A DNA stretch of 64,000 bases from Octopus sinensis (lineage: Eukaryota), in assembly GCF_006345805.1 (NCBI RefSeq), contig NC_043000.1, forward strand, positions 129,022,001 through 129,086,000, read 5' to 3'. This document shows positions 53,431 to 64,000 of the stretch, in pieces (positions within the stretch are counted from its first letter, which is position 1; each line of letters starts with the position of its first letter). Below the pieces are notes generated by a model. That model did not search any database. It saw only the letters and a list, made by a program, of their open reading frames with translations, and was not told the origin of the DNA. The translations under genes were made by a program, and so were the position numbers.

Positions 53431-54149
53431 TAGATGCAATTTACCCAATACCTAATACAATGACAATAGTAACAACAATGATCAGCTTATAATGTTGCAA
53501 CCAAAGGTCAATACCTATAATAATATCTTGGGCCATGATCCTTGCACTCTTGAATTTCATGCACTGCAGTACCAGCCTGTAATCAGAAATGTACTGTGCC
53601 AGCTCTATTTATCTCCTCTTCAGATTCTCAATCTTAAAAACCAATTGCACACTCACATTTGCTCTGACATAGTTAATGGAACAGACATCCTGTTACACAT
53701 CAACCAAGGCACTTTCCTACTCCTCTCTTTTTAATGCATATGGAAAAGTTCTCAGATGTTTAAGAATCAGAAGTAAGTCACCTTCCTCTTTCCTACATAA
53801 ATACTTTCGATAAGGAGATATGCTCTTTCCTGACATACCATTTCCATGCTACTTTGCCTTTTCATGTATTTAATTGCTCTCTAGCATTTCCTTTTGGCTT
53901 GCAATGATAGCAAAAGAGGAGTGGTGGTGGTGGTAGTGGTAGTGGTAAGGCTTTTATTATTATTTGAGCTCATGTTTTTACTAGTTTCTTTTGCATTTGT
54001 CAAAATATAATTGTGTTTATAATTGTGTGTCAGTTATTTTTCTCATTTTAATTTGAATTAAGATCATAAAAGGCAAACGAAATGCTACAAAGCATTTCGT
54101 CTAGTATGCTAACAATTCTGCCAGCTTGCTGCCTTAATAATAATAATAA

Positions 54150-54637
54150 GTGTTATCATGTACATTGTTTTGTCTTGGTATAAAAGATGGGCTACAGCAA
54201 ATATTCTGCTCAATGCCACAGATTTGCTTGCTTGACCATAACCAGTTGAGCATGTCCCTTAGTAGCTGACGATATGTGCATCTCTGATCATGAGCAGAAG
54301 TAGTGGGGGAGCATCATAGCCATGTGTTGAGAGGTATTCTTTGGGGTTTGAATAATTCACCTCTGGAAACATGGGTGTTTCGGTCAACATCTTTAAACAA
54401 CCCTTATTCGGGGACCTTTTGAGCGAGATGGGTTACTCGACCAGAAGAAAATTCTAACTGGGCCCCACCTGCAAGGTCATGTGCTGTTTATCGTGATACG
54501 AGATCACCATGTTGCACACATATGGTTGTGACGCATGTGCCTGGTGTACCCTTATCAGACGGGTAGTCATGATGGGTATACTGGGCTTCGTATATTTTAC
54601 CCCAGTGTCACTTTGATGGCATGCACTGCTCTCTCAC

Positions 54638-54668
<31 letters not shown>
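54150..54668 (+). mobile_element. Probable non-LTR retroelement 3' fragment with (AAT)n tail
   Basis: More GC- and CpG-rich block than its flanks, ending in (AAT)n; family not assigned. Confidence 0.5.
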
Positions 54669-54669
<1 letters not shown>

Positions 54670-55447
54670 CCTTTCTGTTATAAGCACAAGACCTGAACAT
54701 TTTTTATAGGGGATGGTGGGGTAAGTCAATCACATCAACACCGGGACTCAACTGGTGTTTATTTTATTAACCAAGAAAGATGAAAGGCAAAGTCAACCGT
54801 AGCAGAATTTGAACTCAGAACATAAAGGTGGAAGAAGAAATGCTGCTAAGCAGTTTGACCAGTGTGCTAACAAATCTGCCAACTTTCCATATTAATAATA
54901 GTAATAATAAATAAATAAATTAGTTAATAAATAAATAAAAATAATGATAAATTACTATAGCCTTGGGCCGACCGAAGCCTTGTGAGTGGATTTGGTAGAC
55001 AGAAACTGAAAGAAGCCCATTGTATGTATGCATGTATGTATGCGTGTATGTATGCTCGTATATATGTATTTGTGTGTCTGCATTTGTTCTCCCACACCAT
55101 TCTTTGACAACTGATGCTGGTGGGTTTATGTCTCCATAACTTAGTAGTTTGACGAAAGGGAATGATATAATAAGTATTAGTCTTACAAAGAATAAGTCCT
55201 GGGGTCGATTTGCTCAACTAAAGGTGGTACTCCAGCATGGCTGCAGTCAAATGACTGGAACAAGTAAAAGAATAGGTTTTATAGTAAGAATGCACCACTC
55301 ACCTTTTGACCCACTGGATGCTTGTAATGGCCCTCCTAAGATTGCCATTCCACAGGCGGAAGTATCTGATATGCAAGCTGGAAACAGAAAGAAAAGAAAG
55401 GAGATAAAGTGTTGTTGTTGTTGTTGTTTTTATTGTTGTTAAACATA

Positions 55448-55640
55448 GGCAGAGATATAATAATAATAATAAACATTGTGTACAGTGCTCAGGTGCACTA
55501 CAACTCATCTAAAGTGCATATATAATCAGGTGTAGTTTCGACCGATTTCGGAAAGCATGAGGGCCTTAAAGGATGCAGTGTCATGGCAGTCAACAACTGA
55601 CGCAGGCAGTTTATTCCATGCTTCAGCAACTCTGAGCGTG
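55448..55640 (-). mobile_element. Short 3' end of the same CR1-like family
   Basis: About 164 bp nearly identical to 22351-22513 (3 mismatches by eye) plus (ATT)n tail. Confidence 0.85.
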
Positions 55641-57011
55641 GATCAAAAACATAGGATGAAGTGCTTATGATGGACTACAAAATCATGACATGACAGACAG
55701 AGAAACTGAGGCAATGTAGGTATCAAATCGAGGTGATCTGATATCTGTGTTTGACTGCAAATAGAATTAAAGTACATAGAATTCTGTGTATAGTGAGAAA
55801 ATAAAATACAATGGTAAAAATCCCTTGTAGTGGATTTGAACTTGTGACTTTTGAGATGAAAATAATGTGCTACATCTACTCAGCTACTTTGATTCTATGT
55901 GACCTATTAATTGGATATTTTATCTGTTACTTTGTCAGGTCATACTTGAGGATTTCTGTCTTGGCTAGTATGTGTGTGTGCTTGTGCTCAGTTGCATCAG
56001 CTGGAAATATGTGCCTGTGCCTGCAATTTCAGGTTATATGTTGGTCTGTTTATATTGGACTATGAGTATACAGAGGTTGTCTACCATGTATTTGTACACA
56101 GACCAGATAAAGTGGTGGTTTTGGAGAATTAGTAGCTAACGATTTGAAATTAATTGGGAGGGTGTTTCTTATTTCTTAATTGCCCACAAGGGGCTAAACA
56201 TAGTGGGGACAAACAAGGACAGACAAAGGGATTAAGTCGATTACATCGACCCAAGTGCATAACTGGTACTTAATTTATTGACCCTGAAAGGACGAAAGGC
56301 AAAGTTGACTTCGGTGGAATTTGAACTCAGAACGTAATGGCAGATGAAATACTGCTAAGCATTTTGCTCAGCGTGCTAATATTTCTGCCAGCTCGCCGCC
56401 TTCTTTGATGCATGCAGATTGTTGCAACATATGCAGCTTTTCACAGAGGCAAAGTTAGTAATTATGAGCTTCAGGTGAGGTAGAAGGAGCCATATCAAGG
56501 ATCCCTCCATGTGATGCTAGGGAAGTGGTTTCTTTGGTCCCAGAGTTTCCAGATGAACAAATATAGAGAGGTTGAGTTTTTCCTGTCCATGCACCTTAAG
56601 TAATATATGTTGCGTGAATGTTCCCTTGAAATCATTAGCTATTAAGCATGCATAGTTTCTAAGGATACAATCAGGTGACATGAGGGTATCTATAAACAAC
56701 AGCCTTTGAGGCTTGAGCAGTTGCATATAGGGGAATTAGGTGTAGTCAGCATAGGTACATACTCATTTTAAACAGAATATAGAGTAAAGAACAGAACTTC
56801 AGTCACACAAATTGTTTAAAGACGCATGACACTGGCATAGTAAGGTTTTAAACCATGTAATTCTATACTAAATGCACATTGTAAGGGAATATTGCCAATC
56901 CTTTTCTCTTTAAATAATATGTAATAGGAGTGAATTACTTCAAATGCATGGTTTTCTAGCCATGACTACCTTTAATCATCTTGAAACAATTTCATTAGTT
57001 TTCTAATTTAA

Positions 57012-57146
57012 CCATCCTTAACAATCTTGGAATCATTCCATAAGTTTTCTAACTTGGCTATATTTAACCATCTTGGAACCATTCCACTAATTTCATAACT
57101 TGCCCATCCTTAACCATCTTAGAACCATTCTACTATTTTTCTAGTT
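57012..57146. repeat. Degenerate minisatellite, about 47 bp x 3
   Basis: ttaaccatcttggaaccattcc-like core three times. Confidence 0.7.
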
Positions 57147-59719
57147 AGAGATATTGGCTGAATTACAGAGAAACAGGATAAATGACAATATGGATGATGA
57201 AACAGAGTGAGCCTTAAAACAAAAATGAATTAAATTTAACATCACAATATCCAAGAATAACATTAACAAACCAAATAGATAGTCGTATTCCTAATAAATA
57301 TTTTGTCTTCCTGGTCTCTTTTTAGAAATTTTTTTAGTAGAGAGAGAGAGAGAAGTACCCATATCCTTTTTTAAGGTCTATAAATCTGGTGCGAGTGAAG
57401 GATGATTTTCTCAAACCAAAGACTTGGTTTGAATCTGGCTTGCCAACTGATAGGTTCTGCTAGAAGCATCCAAAGACCAGTTGATGGTGTTAAACAGAGC
57501 AACAGATTTAGGTCCCCCTACCCACCACAAACAGGCTATGGCAGGATATGAACTCAGAATACAAAGAGGTGAAACAAATATAACAAATCATGATTTGCTA
57601 TAAACAAACCCTACATATTAAGACGTTTCAGTCATTAGAATCCCTTTTGAGGGTTTTAGTTTATCATATTCACCCCCAAGTACTTATTTTGCTCTGGTAT
57701 TGAAATCTATCTTATTTCACTGATACCTGTTTATTGACAAAAAGGGACACAGCTTGACACCAGTTTACACCAACAAACACACACAAACACACACCACAAA
57801 AGAACTTTCTACACAGTATTTGTCAACTAAATTCCACTCAGTGCACCTGCAGTAAAAAATCACTTGCCCAAGGTGCCATACAATAGCACCAATCTTAACC
57901 ACATGGCAATATCAGCACAATTGTGCAACCAAATATGAACAGCATACGAGCAATGCTATACAACAAAATTCACCGACCATGACCTACAATACAAACAATA
58001 AAAATAACACTTGCTGACCCAGGTTTTATGAACAGTGATGTAGTATGAAGAATTTATGATAGTATGAAGCATTTTTACTTTAAAAATGCAAGTGAGAAGT
58101 AGTATCTTCTCAACAGATTAATTCCCAATAAAAAAGAAAGAAATAATGGTCTGTTTATGCAGCTCACATCCATCAAAATACATAACTACTACTACTATAG
58201 AATGATGAACCAAAGAACGATATACACAGAAGTAAATGCTAATAGACATAAACATTTAATTTGAGTAACATACCCACTGACATCTATGAACCTGTTGCTC
58301 TTTTTCATAACAAAGAGAAGCTTATGTTTACAGGAAAAATCATAGCATGAGCTCCAAATATCAAGAAGTGTTAGACATATACAATTAATGTGTATTATAT
58401 ACCCAACACAAAGGCTGTGAGGTGGCAGAATTATTAGAGCTTTGGAAAAAAAATGCTTTATGGTATATCTTCCAACTCATTATGTTCTGAGTTCAAATCC
58501 CTCTGAGCTTAACTTACATTTTATCCTTTCAGAGTAGTCATCAAGTACTGGAGTTAATGGTATCAACAAAATACTATAAGGCAGCGAGCTGGCAGAATTG
58601 TTAGCACACCGGGCAAAATGCTTAGCAGTATTTCGTCTGCCACTACGTTCTGAGTTCAAATTCCGCCGAGGTCGACTTTGCCTTTCATCCTTTTGGGGTC
58701 GATTAAATAAGTACCAGTTATGCACTGGGGTCGATATAATCGACTTAATCCATTTGTCTGTCCTTGTTTGTTCTCTCTGTGTTTAGCCCCTTGTGGGTAG
58801 TAAAGAAATAAGTATCAACAAAATACTATACCCCTAATTTCTAACTTTGTGCCTTCCTCCTCTTACCCTTTTCTATCCCTTGACTGCATAGTCATTGGGG
58901 CATTCATTGATGATATCACTACCAGACTTCTTTCAGTATTCTGCTACCTTCTGTGAGTCAGCAAAATTGAGGCCTGCCCAGTCTTTGATGTTAAACTGAG
59001 CAACAACTGATCCAATATGGGTTTTGGCCTGTTTGGTCACCATCATGAATTTATTATCGGCAAGTTAGCTTGGTAGTGCGCATTCCTCTCCAGGTTGTTA
59101 GCCACAACTGTACGATTCTACCCAAGACCCCAAACACCTAGCCATTGACCTAAGCAGGTTCCTTTGCCCTGGCCAGTCACTCTTTGGGAAGACTTACTTG
59201 AAGTCTTTCACCTACTGGTGCAGTGTTAACACAGCCTCATCATTTGGGTTAGCCTACCAGCAAAAGTGGGGTACTGGTGTGTGGTTCTAGGAAACATCAA
59301 GTGAGAAATTAGGGGTTGAATGAGGACCAATGATGCCTGTCCACCTGACTATCTCTGGCAAGGTGCAGCTGCCAGATAACAAACCCGCTTTCTCTATTCA
59401 GAATCCCCTACACCCCTGTGCCTAAGAAACGATTATAAATCTAACACAAACTTGCACCATGAGATACACACAAGATCTATAAAATTTTTTATAAAATTCT
59501 ATTTAAAAAATTTTTTTATGCCAATACCTAAATCGAAATACTTTGAAAATGTATGGAAATATATAATAATCAAGAAAGAATATATAGTGAAAATAAAATA
59601 AAAGAACCTGCTGCAGCAGGACTTGAACTCTGAATGCAAAGAACTTGAACAAAGGCAGCAAAGGAATTTAACCAATGCTCTTAGCAATTCAGTCAATCCA
59701 CTGCCATTTTAAAGAATCA

Positions 59720-61790
59720 GTTTCTAATAAAGGCACAAGGCCAGAAATTTAAGAAGAGGTTAGTCAATATCACTGACTCCAGTATTCTACTAGCTTATTA
59801 TTTTATTGAACCTGGAAGAATGAAAGGCAACGTTAATTTTGGTGGGATTCGAACTCAGAATATAAAAAGCTGGAGCTGAAGCCATTGTTCTAATGGTTTA
59901 GCCAATCCACTGCTCTTTAATAATATGGATTTATTTTATTTTATTTTTAAATGCTTTCAAATTATGGCACAAGGCCATCAAATTTTTGCAGGGAGGGAGA
60001 AGTTTTTTTAAATCAACTGCAGTGCTCAACGTATACTAATTGTATTGAATGTGGAAGTTAATCTGGCCTTGGCAGAATTTGAATGCAGAACATAATAATC
60101 AGGAAGAAATGTACTAAGCATTTTGCGCCAAATATGCAAATGGTTCTGCCAGCTCATTGCCATAGTAATAATAATCCTTTCTACTGGAAGCACAAGGCCT
60201 CTCAAATTTGGGGGAAGGGATTAAGTTGATTATATTAACTCCAGTATGCAACTGGTATTAAATTTATCAACCCTGAAAGGATGAAAGGCTAAGTCGACTC
60301 TGGTGGAATTTGAACTCAGAACGTAGCAGCAGACGAAATACTGCTAAGAATTTTGCCCGGCATTCTGCCAGCTTACTGCCTTCAATAATAATAATAATAA
60401 TAATCCTTTCTACTATAGGCTGAAGGTCTGAAATTTTGGGGATGGGGTCTAGTCAATTACATCAAACCCAGTATTTCACTGGTACTTAATGTATCAACTC
60501 CAAAAGGATGAAAGGCAAAGTTGACTTTGGCGGAACTTGAACTCAGAATGTAAACACAGATGAAATGCCGCTAATCATTTTGTCTGGCATGCTAATGATT
60601 CTGCCAGCTCACCACCTTACATATAATAACAATAATAATAATTACTTATAATCCTTTCTACAACAAGCACAAGGCCTGAAGTTTGGGGGAGAAGGCAAGT
60701 CAATTACATCAACCCCAGTGCTCAACAGGTATTTTATTAATCCTGAAAGGATGGAAGGCAAAGTCAACCTCAGCAAAATTTGAATTCAGAACATACAAAT
60801 GGACAAAAATGCCACTAAGCAGTCTGTCCAGTAATGGTAATGACTCTGCCAGCTCGCCCAACCCCTAAAATCGACCTCAGTGGAGTCAAACTCAGAATAA
60901 TAATAATAATAATAATAATATAATGAAATTATTGTATACAGTGCTCAGGTGCACCACAACTTGTCAGAAAATGCGTATAAAGCATATGCAGTAATGTACA
61001 AATGTCTGGAAAGTGAACAGTGTATGAGTCAGATACATGCTTGCGTGTGTATGGAAGGGAGAAAATCAGGTGTAGTGTTGGCGAATCTCAGGAACTAACA
61101 ACTGATGCCAGCAGTTTGTTCCATACTTCAGCAACTCTTAGCATGAAAAAATGTTTCCGAAAGTCAAGGGATCTGTGCTGTTTTCTAATGGGTGTTAGAC
61201 AGGTGGAGTTTGAAAAGGTGCTCAGAGTTATTGTTTGTAAGATGGTTAATAATTTTATGGGTGTCTGCCAAGTCAGCTGCCAGACGTTGGAGATTCAATG
61301 TATCCCATGCCCAGGGAAGTAAGGCCAGATGAATGTATCCATGCCCAGCAAATGTAACGCTAGATGAAATGTTGCAAAGCATTTTACCCAGAATGCTAAT
61401 AATAACAACCCTTTCTACTTTAGGCACAAGACCTGACATTTTGGGGGATGGGGGGCAAGTCAATTACATTGATCCCCGTGTTCAACTGGTACCTATTTTA
61501 TCGACCCAAAAGAATGAAAGGCAAAGTTGACCTCAGAATGTAAAGACAAATGAAATGCTGCTAAGCATTTTGTCCTGTGTGCTAATAGTAACAATAATAA
61601 TAATAATAATCCTTTCTACTATAGGCACAAGGCCTGAAATTTGAGGGAGGTTGATAGTCGATAACATCGACCCTAGTGCTCAATTGGTACTTATTTTATA
61701 GACCCCCAAAAGGATGAGAGGTAAAGTCAACCTCGGCAGAGATGAAGTTCCACTATGCCTTTTGCACCATGTGCTAACGATTTAGCCAAA
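59720..61790 (-). repeat. Stack of 7 same-orientation diverged third-family SINEs
   Basis: The unit (aat)n cctttctact..ggcacaaggcc...gaaaggcaaagt...ttgaactcagaa...ctgccagctc recurs seven times. Confidence 0.8.
60898..61335 (-). mobile_element. Diverged CR1-like 3' fragment of a related subfamily
   Basis: LNLQRLAADLADTHKIINHLTNNNSEHLF resembles the 22.4-kb ORF; (ATT)n tail. Confidence 0.8.
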
Positions 61791-62237
61791 ATGACATCAT
61801 AAATATCAGTAAAATAAATTAAAAATGTATAATAAGTAAACTGATTCACATAAAACATGATATATTTTGTAATCTATTGGAGAAGATTACCTATGATTTC
61901 CACACAAATGTCAATTATTTCTAGAGAAAATTATCTTTGATAAAACACACACACACACAAAATAACCCCCAAAACAATGATATAAATAAAACATGACATT
62001 TGAGCAAAAAAACAAAGATTTAAAAAAAAAAATTCTTTCAATATTATCTAACAGTAACTAAGAAGATAGTAAAAATGACTCAGAAATATTTATAAAGAAA
62101 ACGAATGAATCAGAAACTTATTTTTGTATAATAGGAACTGGAACTAGTTGTCATAGGTGTTTATGCTGCTATTATTAGTCATGTAAAATTATATTCCTTC
62201 CTCTCAACCACCTACCCAGGTAATTTGGAAACAAGTT

Positions 62238-62616
62238 TTATTACCTCCACCTTAACGAAGGCAGGGGTATTGTTTTCAGTCGTGTGTGTTTGTTTGTTTG
62301 TTTATCCGTGGACAAGATATATCAAGACCTGCAGGATAGATTCGGATTAAATTTTTAGGGATGTTTGGCCTTGTGACTGGAACGAACTGATTAGATTTTG
62401 GGATTGATCCAGTACTGGACAAAGATACTGGATTATTTTTCCTGCTTTTTATTTTAACTTTTGAAAGCAGTCAGGTTTCATTTTTAGTATTCTCATTTGT
62501 GAGAGCAGTTGAGTTTATTTTGGATATTCTCATTTTAAAAATCATCTCTAGCTAATCGTTGAGAGGATGTTGGTATTGCTTTGGTGGAGGTTTGCGCCCT
62601 CTAAGTGCTCTTATTT
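62238..62616 (+). mobile_element. Helentron-associated / DINE-1-like non-autonomous element
   Basis: ttattacctccacc start, (TTTG)n tract, sub-terminal inverted ggtggagg, 3' stem gcgc..agtgc then tattt. Confidence 0.6.
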
Positions 62617-63594
62617 ACCATGTAGTACTACATATTATCTAACTTGATTACAGGTTTTTCTATGTGTGCGTGTTTGTCTCAGTGCACATTCACCCAAGAT
62701 TAGCTATCAAGTAGTGAGTTGAAGTAAATACAAACAAGTGCACACACATTATATATATCACCGTGACCGACCAGGCTATCAGATGTTGCTACACATCGCT
62801 GGTCACAATGCACTTCGCATTGGTTTAGCCTCCAAATGACGCCACCCCGCTGGCTAAGCGAGCAGGCCAACAGAAGAAAGAGTGAGAGTAAGTTGTGGTG
62901 AAAGAGTACAGCATGGATCACCACCACCCCCTGCCGGAGCCTCGTAGAGCTTTAGGTGTTTTCGCTCAATAAACACTCACAACGCCCAGTCTGGGAATCG
63001 AAACCGCGAGTCCGCTGCCCTAACCACAGGGCCATTGTGCCTCCACCACATTATATCTATATAAGAATTTTTTGCGTAATACGATAAAAAAAAAACCAAG
63101 GCTGTGTAGATATTAGAGCATTTATAGATAGAAGGTCTTACAGCTGTTTCTAGGATATTTAATTATATCCCTTCATTGGAGACTGTGTGAGAGGATAGTT
63201 AAGTCATAGTTTAGATGTGATATAAAATAGAATGAGGTGGAGGAAAGAAAATAGATGCAAGATTTGTATGGGTACTGAAGTTGTAAATCCATTTTTTAGG
63301 CATAATGGTATATATGCAATATTCCAATATCCTATGAGTAAAGTCCAAAAGTCCAACAGAGTTTAATATGAGTCCTTCCAAATATAGAGTTTATAAGCAA
63401 TGTAAGATTCCCTTATGAGTGAGATCTAGCAGATTTTTAAACTTGGTCATTCCCAGTAGAGAATTTATATACAGTGTTGCCGAGTCAAAGGTTTTTTATA
63501 TATTACCGAAACTGGAACTTAACTATGGTCTGTCTATAGCACTTATTCAGCATTACCTGACACCTTTGGGTCTCAATGACACCATTATCTCATA

Positions 63595-63650
<56 letters not shown>

Positions 63651-63805
63651 TATAAAAATATTTTTTGTAGAAAATAAAAATTTCAGTTGTCAGTACTTTA
63701 CATTCGATAATGTAATCGTGCTTAAATTGATTTATAAGACTTGGATGGGATACATATTCATATTAAAAATTCAAATAATAAAAGATAAAAAAAATATAAT
63801 AGAAA

Positions 63806-64000
63806 TCTTTATATATAAAAGTGAAGTTGTGTGTCTGTCTCCTACAATTTAGATTCCTAACTACTCCCACATTTTTTGGTGCAGTGTAACCAAAAGCGGG
63901 TATCTTATAGTCGTGATTCATATCGAGCCCTTCTGGGTATTAGCGCGCGTCTACGATGAGTCTACGATTAAAAAAAAAAATTTTCCATCATTTTCCCCCA
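63806..64000 (+). mobile_element. Probable Helitron-like element 5' end, runs off the window
   Basis: A|TC start tctttatatataaaagtgaagttgtgtgtctgtct; CpG-rich relative to flank. Confidence 0.5.

Noticed and set aside
53782-53836. Candidate FRMD8 start exon MSGKSISPYRKYLCRKEE
   Set aside because: Phase fits, but weak Kozak context, no CpG or promoter signal and no homology; not annotated as CDS.
59720-61790. Regularly spaced repeats as a possible CRISPR-like array
   Set aside because: Units are about 200-bp diverged SINEs in eukaryotic DNA; no short identical repeats with unique spacers and no cas genes.

Overview
AT-rich, repeat-dense eukaryotic genomic DNA. The SINE and LINE families look like those of octopus or a related coleoid cephalopod; this is inferred from recalled repeat motifs, not a database search. 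One host gene is well supported: a minus-strand FRMD8/iTAP (FERM-domain) orthologue. I reconstructed 10 coding exons by hand between 49745 and 35093. All introns are GT-AG, phases are consistent, and the exons total 1205 nt (about 400 aa). The first coding exon was not found and the last exon is less certain. The rest is mostly mobile DNA: several tRNA-derived SINE families, CR1-like and RTE-like LINE fragments, decayed mariner, maT (DD37D) and Chapaev-like transposons, hAT and other MITEs, Helitron/Helentron-type elements, and many microsatellites. No CRISPR array, rRNA or true tRNA gene was seen. The most interesting unexplained signals are: (i) two clusters of exon-like units with 92-99 bp introns that could encode small orphan proteins (337-3288 plus; 24173-25992 minus); (ii) several inverted repeats inside or just downstream of FRMD8 that would fold into long dsRNA; (iii) a CpG-density step near 26 kb. 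I did not find convincing evidence of a new biological system; these are testable hypotheses.
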